A program made the translations under genes and the position numbers. Below the pieces are notes generated by a model. That model made no database searches and was not told where the DNA came from. It saw only the letters and a list, made by a program, of their open reading frames with translations. Shown here one piece after another: positions 10,527-21,485 of a stretch of 64,000 bases of DNA. How positions within the stretch are numbered: position 1 is the stretch's first letter; the number at the start of each line of letters is the position of its first letter. Origin of the DNA: Candidatus Harrisonbacteria bacterium (lineage in GTDB: Bacteria > Patescibacteriota > Minisyncoccia > UBA6257 > 02-FULL-45-10c); NCBI GenBank assembly GCA_016192685.1, contig JACPTS010000001.1:311647-375646 (forward strand), given 5' to 3'.

Positions 10527-10972
10527 CTTTGTTGAAATTTTTTGGCTTTTTCTTCAAAATAGCCCCTTTTATATAAACCAAACAGAACTTTATAGTCAGG
10601 ATGAACATTTGGATCATTGCCGATTTTTTCTAACCAGGCAATAAATTGTTTTCCTTTAAACCCGATTAATTTTTTATTAAAAAATGGTATTATTATATCT
10701 CGTAATTCGCCAAAATCTCTCACCATTATTCTTACTGTTTTTCCTCTTTTAAAACCATCTAAAAGATATGGCTTGAAAGTATAAACTTTATTTTTAACGC
10801 CTAAATATTCCCTAACTTTCTCAACTAGTTCTCTGTCGCGTTCATGCATACCAAGAATAAATGCGGGTATTTTTATTTTATTGCCATATCTATTTCTTTG
10901 AGGTATATTACAAAAAGAAAAACAACCTTCGCCATCTATTAATCCTCTAATATAGTCGGCAGTTATATCCAT
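10514..10972 (-). CDS. free-standing single-motif LAGLIDADG homing endonuclease-like protein
   Basis: DYIRGLIDGEGCF motif; F.L.MHERD..L...VREYLG; IIPFF....L.G.K; AT-rich. Confidence 0.85.
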   Translation of the reverse strand: MDITADYIRGLIDGEGCFSFCNIPQRNRYGNKIKIPAFILGMHERDRELVEKVREYLGVKNKVYTFKPYLLDGFKRGKTVRIMVRDFGELRDIIIPFFNKKLIGFKGKQFIAWLEKIGNDPNVHPDYKVLFGLYKRGYFEEKAKKFQQRCFT

Positions 10973-11043
10973 ATAGTTTCACAACAAACTTTCTTAATTT
11001 GTTATCGCGATAACAATTATATCATGTAATTCATAAAACATCT

Positions 11044-11424
11044 ATGACCAAAAAATCCGAAATAGGCAAATTAGGCGAAGATATTGCTTGCGAATATTTG
11101 TTAAACAAAAGTTTCACGATTATTGAACGTAATTTTAGGCAGCCGTGGGGAGAAATTGATATTATTACTAAAAATCCGGGCGGCGCCTTAGTTTTTGTAG
11201 AAGTAAAGACTATGCAGCAATACGGCAATAATGCGGCAATTGCCGCATTATTGCCGGAAGATAATTTAACCAAATCAAAATTAAAAAAACTGCAGAGAAT
11301 TTCCTATTTATACGCTAATCATAATTCTGAATTATTAGATGATAGGCAAGGATGGCAAATTGATTTAATAACTATCGTCCTTAATGAAGCCGGAACTGAT
11401 ATAAAACATTTTGAAAATATTTAA
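11044..11424 (+). CDS. yraN: YraN (UPF0102) family PD-(D/E)XK nuclease-like protein
   Basis: G..GEDIA..YL, ERNFR...GEIDII, LVFVEVKT. Confidence 0.9.
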   Translation: MTKKSEIGKLGEDIACEYLLNKSFTIIERNFRQPWGEIDIITKNPGGALVFVEVKTMQQYGNNAAIAALLPEDNLTKSKLKKLQRISYLYANHNSELLDDRQGWQIDLITIVLNEAGTDIKHFENI

Positions 11425-11452
11425 AAACCGCCCATAAGGCGGTTTTTTAGTC

Positions 11453-12820
11453 TCAAAAACTAAATACCCAAGAAAAAGCTGGCTGATAAATACTAGACTG
11501 CGTTGAACCAAATACCGGAGGAACTTTTATTTTCCAATAAGAATACTCCGCCTTCATTATAAAGTTATCGGCAATCTGCCAATTTAATCCGGCGGTATAT
11601 TTATTCATAAAAGTTTTCAGGTCTTGAGGCGAAGAAGCAAAGGCAGTTATTGGCAATTGATCGGCGGGATTTTTATTTTTGGAAAATACCAATTCCGGCC
11701 CAATCCGCTCCAATTTATTAAAAGCTAAAATTCCCAACACCTTTTTCCCGACTGGGGGATTTTTCCAAATTGGAAATGCCGCCTGAAGATAATAACCTTT
11801 ATTGATTTCGGTCTTGCTTGGCAAATAATCCGTCCGTTGAGCAAAATCCACTATTTTAATAGAATCCGCCTGGGCTTTTCTGAAATCATTTTTGCTATAA
11901 ACATATTCAACGGAAAAGCTGTAGTTTTTATATTGAAAAATCAAGTCAGTTCCGAAAATTTGATAATCTTGGCCGGCAATCGCTTCCTCAAGGTCATAAC
12001 GCCCATGCATTCCCGAAAGACCAAGGCGAATCCCGTTTAATTCAATTTTCTTTTCCTCAAAAATGGTCGGGATTTTCAAATCTCCTAAAGCAAAAACGAT
12101 TCTTCCCCCCGGCGCTTTATTATTGTTATTGTCGGCAAGATTATTATTCAGATGGCCAAAATCAATATCAGTTCCGCCAATGGCAACGCCCGGAACTAAA
12201 AGATTATTGCTATTTTGGAAAATTCTTATCCGATTCGGAGTTTCTCCCAAGCCATTTACTAAATAAGCAATAATTTCGGTCGGAATCCAAAAATGCCCGC
12301 TTTGTGGATAATAGCCGACTTTTAACCCGATGTCTGAATAGCCGGCGCTCATCGGCGGATGCGGAGAATTTAAGCGGGAAACAATATCCAAGCTGTCCGG
12401 TGAAGCATACAAAAGCGGGCGAGTAACGGTTAAAAACTGGTCCGGCCGGTAAAGCTCGTTGTAATGTCCGAAAGGAATCAAGAATTTTCCCAGTTCCAAT
12501 TTATATTTTTCCTCATATAAAAGCTCGGTGGAAAAACGATATAAATTTATTCGGCCCTGGGAAGCGGTAGGAATCTGAAATTCCAGCAAAAACGGAAATT
12601 TTCCGCTTATTTTCCCGTCAAAGCCGAAATACATATCCGCAAGATAAATTTCGTGCTGAACCGTATTTTCAAAGCCCTGCTTTTCCGGACCGATCATTCG
12701 CCAATTAAGCGACATCACGCCATTCACGTTCAAATCCCTTACCAATCCTTTAGCCCAAACAGCTGAAATCTTGAAAATCAAAACAGCGGTTAAAACCAAA
12801 ACTCCAATTATTTTTTTCAC
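11453..12820 (-). CDS. putative outer-membrane porin-like beta-barrel protein
   Basis: signal peptide; GKFLIPFG motif typical of porin-like families; amphipathic strands; C-terminal SWVFSF. Confidence 0.6.
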   Translation of the reverse strand: MKKIIGVLVLTAVLIFKISAVWAKGLVRDLNVNGVMSLNWRMIGPEKQGFENTVQHEIYLADMYFGFDGKISGKFPFLLEFQIPTASQGRINLYRFSTELLYEEKYKLELGKFLIPFGHYNELYRPDQFLTVTRPLLYASPDSLDIVSRLNSPHPPMSAGYSDIGLKVGYYPQSGHFWIPTEIIAYLVNGLGETPNRIRIFQNSNNLLVPGVAIGGTDIDFGHLNNNLADNNNNKAPGGRIVFALGDLKIPTIFEEKKIELNGIRLGLSGMHGRYDLEEAIAGQDYQIFGTDLIFQYKNYSFSVEYVYSKNDFRKAQADSIKIVDFAQRTDYLPSKTEINKGYYLQAAFPIWKNPPVGKKVLGILAFNKLERIGPELVFSKNKNPADQLPITAFASSPQDLKTFMNKYTAGLNWQIADNFIMKAEYSYWKIKVPPVFGSTQSSIYQPAFSWVFSF

Positions 12821-12943
12821 TTACTGCCTCTTTTAAGATATGAATTTGCTGAATGTATATTACAAAAAATTTTATCTTCAGTCAACCCCAGTTATAGCCG
12901 ATTATCCTTTGGCGTGAAAATAAATTTCGTTTATAATAAAAGT

Positions 12944-15064
12944 ATGAAATTTCGCTACCATCTATTTTTATTTTTTAGCGCAATTTTTTTATTTTCAGCA
13001 TTTAACTTAGCAGCTGCCGCGGACCCGAATTTGCAAATTGAACCGGCGGCAACGCCGCCGCCGCTTTGCCGATGGGGGGTGTACACAAATCCTCGCTATA
13101 ACGATTCACAAAGTTTTTGCTACAGCCGGGCGGGAAAGCCGATTGAATATATTGATTCTTATCTCGTAGACCGTTACGGCGGAGTTCCGGCTACCGGCCG
13201 TAAACCTGAATATTGCTACTTAGAACAGGTTTCTTTAATGCCGGTAAATCTCGGCAGCCGGGGCGAAACTTTTTGCCCGCCACTGGAAGCAATGGTTAAA
13301 TTCTCGGTTTCGGCAAATAAAATTATTGATAAAGGTAAATTCACTATTCAGTGGCAAGCGCCATCGGCCCAATCTTGCGTTTTGTCCGGCAAAGCGCCGG
13401 AAGTCGGAAATTTTAGCCAAGATTTTGACGGGACGGAAAGTTATATCAAAGGCGGCAAAACTTATGATTTTGTAAAAAGAGGAATTTATAGTTTCCAATT
13501 TAACTGTAAGGGTTACTCGGATAATTCCAAATCAACTGCTCAAAGAACTATTACCAGAACCGCGACGGTTTTTGTCGGCGATATTCCGCCGGCGCCGACA
13601 GTGGAGCTAAAAATTGAACCGGCCGTGATTAAAAAAGGCGAAAGCGCCACTTTAAGCTGGAACAGCGAAAACGCGCTTTCTTTGTCTATTAATCAGGGTA
13701 TCGGCGTGGCAACAAAGCAAGGGTCTATCAAAATTTCACCCAAATTAACCACCCGCTATACGATTACCGGTTCCGGGGAGTTTGCTGAACTGGGCCTCGC
13801 CAGAAAATCAGTGACTCTAAGAGTAATTACTCCGGAAATCCAGCCGGAAGCGCCGCCGATAGAAGTGCCGCCGGACGTTGCGCCGCCTCCGCTAAAAGAG
13901 CCGGAAAAACCGCAAATTGACTTAAAAGTTAACGGCCAAGACGGCCCGGTTACCATGGCGCCCGGCTCTTTTACTTTATCCTGGAATTCAGATAAATATT
14001 GTTTGGCTTACGGCTCTTGGATTGGCGTTAAAACAAAAGCCGGCGATGAAAAACGCACCGAAACAAAACCCGGAACTTATACTTATAAATTATATTGCCC
14101 GACAATCGGTTCTGATGAAGTAGTTGTAAAAGTAACCGGCGTTGGCGGCGCCAGTATTCCTTTGCCGGTTGCGGAAGCCAGCGCCAGCTTGGACGGCAAA
14201 AATTTTTCTAAAAGCATCCGGGTGACCCGCGGAGAAAAAGTTAACCTTTGGCTTGGGGCGGCTTACGATATTGACGGCGACAAAAAAGTTTCCCGGGATG
14301 AAACCGGCCGCTGGACCGGATTAATTTCTGAAGGCGGCCAATGCCTTTGGAATACGGATTTAAATCAAGGCGACCCGACTTTTGACGGCGCGGTGGCTAA
14401 TCCGGAAAATCCGAAAAGCTGCACCATTGTGCTTCGGGACCTGGTTTTTTACGACCAGCCGGGAGTTTATCGCTACGGAGCGCTTCGTTTAATGCAAAAT
14501 AACGAAAAATTATCCACTATCGCGTATATTAATGTAGCCGTGCAGGAGCCGCCGCCGCCAGACGGGCCGCCGGTAATTGATTTACGGATTAATAATTTAG
14601 ATGGGCCAAATGTAATTTTGGGAGCGCCGGTGGAATACTTGCTTTCTTGGAATACTCGCAATGCTGACAGCTGTACTGCTTCCGGCGCCTGGAGCGGAGA
14701 TAAATTTTTATCCGGCTCCCAAAAATTTGTTTCTTCGGAAAAGAAAGAATTTACTTATACTTTAAACTGCGCCGGAAAATTGGGGACCGGCAGAAAAAGC
14801 TTAAATTTGAAAGTTACCGAACTGCCGGTTTGCGATTTTTCCGCTTTGCCGCTGACATTAAGCCAATCGGTTTTTGACCGCCAGTCGGTTTTAAGCTGGA
14901 AATGCCAGTTTGCCAATACTTGTGAAATTTCGCCGGCGGTTGGAAAAGTCAGCACTTTTGGATCTGCTCGCGTTTCGCCAAAAACAACTACGACTTATAC
15001 TTTATCCTGCCAAAATCTGGAAGGCAGCAGCAGTTTTGACCAGGCAGTGGAAGTGGCTCGGTGA
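12944..15064 (+). CDS. large secreted/surface protein with repeated Ig-like beta-sandwich modules
   Basis: signal peptide from ATG 12944; repeated TLSWNS..A.SC and TTYTLSC units; Pro-rich linkers. Confidence 0.7.
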   Translation: MKFRYHLFLFFSAIFLFSAFNLAAAADPNLQIEPAATPPPLCRWGVYTNPRYNDSQSFCYSRAGKPIEYIDSYLVDRYGGVPATGRKPEYCYLEQVSLMPVNLGSRGETFCPPLEAMVKFSVSANKIIDKGKFTIQWQAPSAQSCVLSGKAPEVGNFSQDFDGTESYIKGGKTYDFVKRGIYSFQFNCKGYSDNSKSTAQRTITRTATVFVGDIPPAPTVELKIEPAVIKKGESATLSWNSENALSLSINQGIGVATKQGSIKISPKLTTRYTITGSGEFAELGLARKSVTLRVITPEIQPEAPPIEVPPDVAPPPLKEPEKPQIDLKVNGQDGPVTMAPGSFTLSWNSDKYCLAYGSWIGVKTKAGDEKRTETKPGTYTYKLYCPTIGSDEVVVKVTGVGGASIPLPVAEASASLDGKNFSKSIRVTRGEKVNLWLGAAYDIDGDKKVSRDETGRWTGLISEGGQCLWNTDLNQGDPTFDGAVANPENPKSCTIVLRDLVFYDQPGVYRYGALRLMQNNEKLSTIAYINVAVQEPPPPDGPPVIDLRINNLDGPNVILGAPVEYLLSWNTRNADSCTASGAWSGDKFLSGSQKFVSSEKKEFTYTLNCAGKLGTGRKSLNLKVTELPVCDFSALPLTLSQSVFDRQSVLSWKCQFANTCEISPAVGKVSTFGSARVSPKTTTTYTLSCQNLEGSSSFDQAVEVAR

Positions 15065-15110
15065 TTTTAGCAAAATAAGCCAATATATTTCTTATTAGAC
15101 CTATTTATCC

Positions 15111-15262
15111 GATTCTCTACCTATATTTCTATCGGCACCGGCGTCGCTCCGCTCCAGCGGCGGAGCGCGCCTACGCCTCGCCGCGATTTTTGTTTCGCTT
15201 TGCGAAACAAACCAAGCAAATCGCGGCTCCGTAGTTGCCGTACGAAACATAGGCAGAGAATC
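15111..15262 (-). repeat. structured dispersed repeat, copy A (closing stem extends 15063-15299)
   Basis: + strand core CGGCACCGGCGT-hairpin(TCCAGCG)-CGCCTACGCCTC-stem-ACCAAGC-stem-TCCGTAGTTGCCGTACG, closed by a long inverted repeat. Confidence 0.9.
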
Positions 15263-15437
15263 TATAATCAAGAAATATATCTGCTTATTTTGAAAAATCT
15301 AACCTCGCTTAGTTGGGATTTTTTAAATGGACTTGACAATCGAAATTTTGTTATATATAATGTAAATAATGATTGATGTCCGCCTGCAAGCGGATATTTT
15401 ATTAAGACAACAGACGACTAACGACAGATAACAACAT

Positions 15438-16802
15438 ATGTTTAATTTAAAAGAACTAAAAAAAGCCGTAGAACAAATTGCCCAGGAAAAAGGCGTAGAG
15501 GCGAAAAAAGTTTTTGAGGCGCTGGAAGCGTCTTTGGCGGCTGCTTATAAAAAAGAATATTGCCAGAGGGGGGAAGTGGTTAAAGCGAAATTTGACCAAA
15601 AAACCGGCGGGCTTAAATTTTGGAAAATAAAAACTGTGGTTGATGACACTACGGTGAGAATTGTTGAAGAGGAGCCGGTTCCGGAAGGCGGAGCGCCGGA
15701 AAACGAATCTCGGCGCGCGCGAGAAGAATTTATGCCGGAAGGAGAGGATGTTTTACCTCGTTACAATCCCGATCGGCATATTTTTCTGGAAGAAGCTAAA
15801 AAGGAAAAACCGGACGTAATTTTAGGGGAAGAATTAATTTATCCCTTAGAAACTCACGATGATTTCGGCCGGATTGCCGCCCAAACCGCCAAACAGGTGA
15901 TTCTCCAGAAATTGCGGGAAGCAGAGCGAAATTCAATTTTAGAAGAATTTCACAATAAAGAAGGCGAGATTATCAGCGGCGTAATCCAGCGATATGACCG
16001 CGGCAATGTTTATGTGGATTTAGGCCGGGCAACCGGAATTATGTTTTATAACGAATCTATTCCGGGAGAACATTATACGGTCAGCGATCGGATGCGTTTT
16101 TATATTTTAGCGGTTCAGGAAGAATCAAGAATTCCCGGAATTATTTTATCCCGATCTCATCCGAAATTTGTCAGCCGACTTTTTGAGCTGGAAGTCCCGG
16201 AAATTGCCGACGGCGTAGTAGAAATTAAAGCGATCGCGCGGGAACCGGGCAGCCGCAGTAAAATCGCGGTAGTTTCCAAAACTGAAGGCATTGATCCGGT
16301 TGGTTCCTGCGTCGGCCAGCGCGGCACTAGAGTAATGGCGGTTTCTAATGAGTTGGGACAGGAAAAAATTGATATTATTGAATGGTCGGAAGATCCGGCT
16401 AAATTTATTACCAATGCTTTATCTCCGGCCAAGGTGACTGGCGTTGAAATTTTACCGCGCCGGGAAGCTAAAACTTTTGTTCCAGACGACCAATTAAGCT
16501 TGGCCATCGGCAAAGGAGGGCAAAATGTGCGTCTGGCGGCCAAACTGACCAGCTGGAAAATTGATGTTCGCTCCCAGTCAAAACCGGATGAAGTTTTAGA
16601 GGGCGGCGTGGCAGCGGCAATTCCGACTGAAGAAGTAAAAAAGGGGCTGGAAGAAAATAAAGAAGAGAAATCAGCAGAAGAAAAAAGCCCCGAAGCGGTT
16701 GCTTCGGAAATAGAATCTCAAGAAGCTAAACCCCCCGCCTCCGCCGAGGCTTCGGCGGGCAAGAAAAAACGAGGCCGAAAAAAGAAAGCTGAAACTCAAT
16801 AA
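15438..16802 (+). CDS. nusA: transcription termination/antitermination factor NusA
   Basis: [14 protein letters not shown]1 domain, [25 protein letters not shown]. Confidence 0.98.
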   Translation: MFNLKELKKAVEQIAQEKGVEAKKVFEALEASLAAAYKKEYCQRGEVVKAKFDQKTGGLKFWKIKTVVDDTTVRIVEEEPVPEGGAPENESRRAREEFMPEGEDVLPRYNPDRHIFLEEAKKEKPDVILGEELIYPLETHDDFGRIAAQTAKQVILQKLREAERNSILEEFHNKEGEIISGVIQRYDRGNVYVDLGRATGIMFYNESIPGEHYTVSDRMRFYILAVQEESRIPGIILSRSHPKFVSRLFELEVPEIADGVVEIKAIAREPGSRSKIAVVSKTEGIDPVGSCVGQRGTRVMAVSNELGQEKIDIIEWSEDPAKFITNALSPAKVTGVEILPRREAKTFVPDDQLSLAIGKGGQNVRLAAKLTSWKIDVRSQSKPDEVLEGGVAAAIPTEEVKKGLEENKEEKSAEEKSPEAVASEIESQEAKPPASAEASAGKKKRGRKKKAETQ

Positions 16803-16812
16803 TAGAGACTTT

Positions 16813-18786
16813 ATGTATCTACTAGTTTTTCTCCCAATTATTTTAGCCGTCGCTTACAGCGCTTATATAATGTATTGGCTTTCCTGCCAGCCGAAAGGAA
16901 ACGCCAAAATGCTGGAAATTTCTCAGGCAATCCAGGAAGGCTCGGCGGCTTTTTTAAATCGCCAGTATAAAAGTGTCGCTGTGGTCGCCGCGATTTTATT
17001 GCTTATTATTTATTACCTGCTGGGCAGTATGTCCGCCCTTGGATTTTTAGTTGGCGCCTCGGCATCGGCGTTGGCTGGCTATATCGGAATGAATGTGGCG
17101 GTCCGTTCCAATTCCCGGACTGCCGAAGCCGCCAATCAAGGTTTAAATTCCGCGCTGACTCTTGCCTTTAAAGCCGGCTCGGTAACCGGATTTTTAGTGG
17201 TAGCCTTGGGACTGCTGGCGATTGCCGGATTTTATTTTTTAACCAATGACCCCAAAGCTTTAATTAGTCTCGGTTTTGGCGCCAGTTTAATTTCTGTTTT
17301 TGCCCGCCTGGGCGGAGGAATTTTTACCAAAGCCGCGGATGTCGGCACGGATTTAGTCGGTAAAGTGGAAGCCGGCATTCCCGAAGACGACGTCCGGAAT
17401 CCGGGCGTGGTAGCGGATAATGTCGGAGATAATGTCGGCGATTGCGCCGGCATGGCGGCCGACCTTTTTGAAACTTACGCGGTAACTTTGATTGCCGCGA
17501 TGCTTCTTGGCTCGCTGATTGATAAAAGCGCTGCCGGTCCTTTAGTAATTTTCCCGCTGGTGCTCGGCGGCCTGGCGATTTTAGCATCGCTGGTTGGATC
17601 GGCTCTGGTAAAAACCGGCTCAAGCAATTCCATTATGGGAGCGCTTTATAAAGGATTAATCGGGGCTTTGGCTGCTTCGGCGATTTTATTTTATCCGGCT
17701 GCCAGATTTTATCTTGGCGAAGGTTATTGGAATTTTTATCTGACTACCCTGATAGGCCTCGCGGTAACCGCGCTAATGGTGGTGGTAACTGATTATTACA
17801 CGGCAAAAAATTACCGGCCAGTCCAATCCATTGCCGAAGCGTCCAACTCCGGTCATGGCACTAATATTATTTTGGGACTCTCTGTTGGCATGGAAGCCAC
17901 TTTTGTTCCGGTTTTAATTATTGTTTCAGCGATTCTTTTAAGTTTTTCTTTGGCTGGGATTTATGGCGTGGCGCTCGCGGCGGTTTCTATGCTTTCGGTA
18001 GCCGGAATTGTAGTGGCAATTGATTCTTTTGGCCCGGTGACTGACAATGCCGGCGGCATTGCCGAGATGAGCGGAGCTCCCCAGAACGTACGGCAAATCA
18101 CTGACGCGCTGGATGCGGTTGGCAATACCACCAAAGCGGTTACTAAGGGCTACGCCATTGCTTCAGCCGGGCTGGCGGCATTAGTTTTGTTTGCCGGATA
18201 TGTTGAAGAGTTTGCCGCGCAGGCAAAAAATTTAGTTTTTGAATTAGAAAATCCTTATGTAGTAGCGGGATTAATTTTAGGCGCGGCAGTTCCCTACCTT
18301 TTTGCTTCTATTGCGATGAAATCCGTAGGCCGTGCCGCTGGCGCAGTGGTAGAAGAAATCCGCCGGCAGTTCCGGGAAATTCCCGGAATTATGGAATACA
18401 AAGCTAAGCCGGATTATGGCCGGGCTGTAGATATTGTGACTAAAGCCGCGCTCAAAGAAATGGTAGTGCCGGCAGTACTTCCGATTTTGTCAGTGGTTTT
18501 AGTCGGATATTTTTTGGGAGCGCAAGCTTTAGGCGGATTTTTAATGGGCACGATTGTCGCCGGACTTTTTTTGGGAATTTCCATGACTACCGGCGGCGCG
18601 GCGTGGGATAACGCCAAAAAATATATTGAATCCGGCAACTTCGGCGGCAAGGGCTCGGAAGCCCATAAAGCCGCGGTTACCGGCGACACAGTCGGCGACC
18701 CCTACAAAGACACGGCCGGCCCGGCAATCAATCCGCTGATTAAAGTTATAAATATAGTAGCTTTATTATTAGTGCCATTTTTATAA
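16813..18786 (+). CDS. hppA: membrane-bound pyrophosphatase, probably K+-independent H+-PPase
   Basis: [34 protein letters not shown] (Lys at the K+-dependence position), [10 protein letters not shown]. Confidence 0.95.
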   Translation: MYLLVFLPIILAVAYSAYIMYWLSCQPKGNAKMLEISQAIQEGSAAFLNRQYKSVAVVAAILLLIIYYLLGSMSALGFLVGASASALAGYIGMNVAVRSNSRTAEAANQGLNSALTLAFKAGSVTGFLVVALGLLAIAGFYFLTNDPKALISLGFGASLISVFARLGGGIFTKAADVGTDLVGKVEAGIPEDDVRNPGVVADNVGDNVGDCAGMAADLFETYAVTLIAAMLLGSLIDKSAAGPLVIFPLVLGGLAILASLVGSALVKTGSSNSIMGALYKGLIGALAASAILFYPAARFYLGEGYWNFYLTTLIGLAVTALMVVVTDYYTAKNYRPVQSIAEASNSGHGTNIILGLSVGMEATFVPVLIIVSAILLSFSLAGIYGVALAAVSMLSVAGIVVAIDSFGPVTDNAGGIAEMSGAPQNVRQITDALDAVGNTTKAVTKGYAIASAGLAALVLFAGYVEEFAAQAKNLVFELENPYVVAGLILGAAVPYLFASIAMKSVGRAAGAVVEEIRRQFREIPGIMEYKAKPDYGRAVDIVTKAALKEMVVPAVLPILSVVLVGYFLGAQALGGFLMGTIVAGLFLGISMTTGGAAWDNAKKYIESGNFGGKGSEAHKAAVTGDTVGDPYKDTAGPAINPLIKVINIVALLLVPFL

Positions 18787-18789
18787 TTT

Positions 18790-18935
18790 AAAGCTCTATA
18801 TATCTTCCTACCGGCACCGGAGTCCGCTTGCTCCAGCGGCAAGCGGCTCCTACGCCTCGCTCCGAAATTTTTGCTTCGCGAAAACCAAGCATTTCGGAGC
18901 TCCGTAGTTGCCGTACGAAAGATATATAGAGCTTT
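18790..18935 (-). repeat. structured dispersed repeat, copy B
   Basis: same core motifs as copy A with compensatory stems (GGAG/CTCC, CCGCTTGC/GCAAGCGG). Confidence 0.9.
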
Positions 18936-18945
18936 TGAAAAATTT

Positions 18946-19158
18946 ATGTCAGTTAAACTTGGAATTTATGAGCATTATAAAGGAAAAAAATATGAGGTAA
19001 TCGGAATAGCAAAGCATAGCGAAACTTTGGAGGAATTAGTAGTTTATCGGGCGCTTTATGGCGAAAATCAGTTATGGGTTAGGCCTATAAAAATGTTTAT
19101 AGAGGAAGTGGAAGTTGCCGGCAAGAAAATTCTGCGATTTAAATATATTGGGAAATAA
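18946..19158 (+). CDS. DUF1653 family protein
   Basis: G.Y.HYKGK.Y.V...A.HSET.E..VVYRALYG....WVRP..MF; start taken as ATG 18946. Confidence 0.88.
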   Translation: MSVKLGIYEHYKGKKYEVIGIAKHSETLEELVVYRALYGENQLWVRPIKMFIEEVEVAGKKILRFKYIGK

Positions 19159-20412
19159 ATGAAATACACATCTAAAAAATTACCAGACTCAATCATTGAG
19201 GCAGAGGTGGTTTTGGAGCATAAAGAATTTTTGGAATATTATCAGCCGATTTATGATCAGGCGCTGGCTTCGGTTAATCTTAAAGGTTTTCGGCCCGGAG
19301 CGGCGCCGAAAGATTTAGCGGAAAAAGCCGTGGACAAAGAAGCGGTTTTTAATGAAGCAGTGAATAAAGCTGTACGCGACTCCTTGCAAGAAATTACCGA
19401 AGAAAATAACTGGCAATTGATTGACCAGCCGAAGGTGGAAATCGTTGAAACCAATCCGCAAGAAAATGTCGGTCTTAAATTTAAAGCCACCATTACAATT
19501 TTTCCGGAAGTAAAATTGGGGAATTATCAAAAAATCGCTAAAAAGATTTTGGGAAGCGCTAAAAAAGATTTTTCCGCAAGCGAAGAAGAAATAAACCAAT
19601 CTCTTCAATGGATTTTAAATTCCAGGGCAAAAGTTACCCGGGTAGCGCGTGAGGCAAAAATGGGAGACGTGGTAGATTTGGATTTTTCCGGATTTGTTGA
19701 CGGGAAACCGCTTGATGGCGCAAGCGGCAAGGCGGATAATTTTGTTTTGGGCGAAGGGAAATTTATTAAAGGATTTGAAGAAAATTTGATTGGACATAAA
19801 GAGGGTGAACATTTGGAATTTTCAGTGAATTTTCCGGCGGATTATTGGAAAAAAGAACTCCAAAATCAAAAGGTGGATTTTCAAGCTGATTTAAAAGGCG
19901 TTTTTGAACGGGAACTGCCGGAATTAACCGATGATTTCGTAAAAAGTCTCGGCAAATTTGAAAATGCCGCCACGCTTAAAACTAGTATCCGAGAAGGAAT
20001 TGCCAAGGAAAAAGAAATGAAAGAAAATGAACGCCTGCGCCTGAAAATTTTTGAGGAAATCATTAAAAATTCTGAAATTGCGCCGCCGCGAATTATGGTG
20101 GAGCGCACTCTGGATAATTTAATCGCGGAATACAAGAATTTAGTAAAAAATCCCGATGAAAAAATCGCTGTTAGAAAAAATTTAGAGGAGAAAGCCAAAA
20201 ACAGCGTGGCTACCAATTTAATCTTGTATCAAATTGCCAAAGAGCAAAAAATTGAGCCGTCTCAAGAAGAGATAGAATCAGAGGCCAATAAAGCCCTTTC
20301 CCATTCTGAATTCAGGAAAAATCCGAAAATTGACGTCCAGCGGCTTTACGATTATATTTATGGTGAGCTTCGAAATAAGAAAATTTTTGAATATTTGGAA
20401 TCATTAAAATAA
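19159..20412 (+). CDS. tig: trigger factor
   Basis: GFRPG.AP signature, FKBP domain ([17 protein letters not shown]), upstream of clpP. Confidence 0.95.
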   Translation: MKYTSKKLPDSIIEAEVVLEHKEFLEYYQPIYDQALASVNLKGFRPGAAPKDLAEKAVDKEAVFNEAVNKAVRDSLQEITEENNWQLIDQPKVEIVETNPQENVGLKFKATITIFPEVKLGNYQKIAKKILGSAKKDFSASEEEINQSLQWILNSRAKVTRVAREAKMGDVVDLDFSGFVDGKPLDGASGKADNFVLGEGKFIKGFEENLIGHKEGEHLEFSVNFPADYWKKELQNQKVDFQADLKGVFERELPELTDDFVKSLGKFENAATLKTSIREGIAKEKEMKENERLRLKIFEEIIKNSEIAPPRIMVERTLDNLIAEYKNLVKNPDEKIAVRKNLEEKAKNSVATNLILYQIAKEQKIEPSQEEIESEANKALSHSEFRKNPKIDVQRLYDYIYGELRNKKIFEYLESLK

Positions 20413-20413
20413 T

Positions 20414-21016
20414 ATGGAACACAGCGATTATTTAATTCCAACGGTCATAGAAAAAACCCAAGCTGGCGAGCGGGCTTATGACATTTATTCCCGGCTTTTA
20501 AAAGAGCGGATAATTTTTTTGGGCGGACCGATCAATGATGGAGTGGCCAATACCGTGATCGCGCAAATGCTTTTTTTGGAGCATGAAGACCCCAAAAAAG
20601 ACATTAAGCTTTATATAAATTCTCCGGGCGGTTCAGTGACTGCCGGTTTAGCAATTTACGATACGATGCAATATATCAAGCCGGATGTTTCCACGATTTG
20701 CGTTGGCATTGCCGCTTCTATGGGCGCTGTTCTTCTGGCAGCCGGGAAAAAAGGCAAAAGAATTGCTCTGCCAAATTCCGAAGTGCTTTTGCACCAAGTG
20801 ATGGGCGGCGCGGAAGGGCAAGCGGTGGAAATTGAAATTACAGCGAAACACATTGTCCGGATGAAAGAGCAGTTAAGTCAAATTCTTGCCAAACATACCG
20901 GACAGACGCTTTCAAAAATTGAAAAAGATACTGATAGAGATTTTTGGCTGACGGCGGCTGAAGCAAAAGAATACGGGGCGGTAGATGAAGTTTTGAAAGG
21001 AAGGAATGCAAAATAA
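20414..21016 (+). CDS. clpP: ATP-dependent Clp protease proteolytic subunit
   Basis: [34 protein letters not shown]. Confidence 0.98.
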   Translation: MEHSDYLIPTVIEKTQAGERAYDIYSRLLKERIIFLGGPINDGVANTVIAQMLFLEHEDPKKDIKLYINSPGGSVTAGLAIYDTMQYIKPDVSTICVGIAASMGAVLLAAGKKGKRIALPNSEVLLHQVMGGAEGQAVEIEITAKHIVRMKEQLSQILAKHTGQTLSKIEKDTDRDFWLTAAEAKEYGAVDEVLKGRNAK

Positions 21017-21088
21017 CGCAAGCCCGCAAGGCTTGCGATTTTTTTATTTTCGGGTTATTTTCTAATAAAAGGCTTTTGAGGAGAACGG

Positions 21089-21430
21089 ATGTCCATTGAT
21101 AAATTTTATGCCTGTTGGGAGGGGATGCATTTTTCCAATGCTGAATATGGAATTTGGGATTTGCCTTTTATCTATTTTTTGCATGACTGTTTGGGGGAAC
21201 GGCGGGGAGGAATTTTATTTTTAGCGGTTGACGGCGTAGAGCGGCGGCTTGGTGCTGATCGGGTAAAAATTCTAAAAAAGATATTCCAATCTCGGGATTT
21301 TGATAAAGTAATTTTACGTCCAGATGAAGATAATAACCTTTATTGCCTTGTTGCCGATACTGGCGATGATGAAGCGGATTGGATTTGGGTGGGAGAAATT
21401 ATTGACCCCACTGATCCGCGGCAGCGCTAG
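21089..21430 (+). CDS. hypothetical protein
   Basis: GAGGAG SD; 113-aa ORF with no recognised motif. Confidence 0.55.
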   Translation: MSIDKFYACWEGMHFSNAEYGIWDLPFIYFLHDCLGERRGGILFLAVDGVERRLGADRVKILKKIFQSRDFDKVILRPDEDNNLYCLVADTGDDEADWIWVGEIIDPTDPRQR

Positions 21431-21485
21431 AAACCTATGATAATCCTCATTTTATTTTGAGGATTTTTTGTTTTATAATATAAAA

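Noticed and set aside
10514-10972. Group I intron or intein hosting the LAGLIDADG ORF
   Set aside because: The flanking genes (HAD hydrolase, yraN) appear intact, and no interrupted host gene or intron core was recognised.
15111-15262. Structured repeats as hammerhead ribozymes, tRNAs or riboswitches
   Set aside because: No CUGANGA/GAAA core and no cloverleaf or T-loop; orientation relative to downstream genes is inconsistent.
18871-18945. N-terminal extension of the DUF1653 ORF, and ORFs 49832-50062, 47273-47482 and 35485-35760
   Set aside because: These frames run through structured repeats or tRNAs; the real DUF1653 start is probably ATG 18946.
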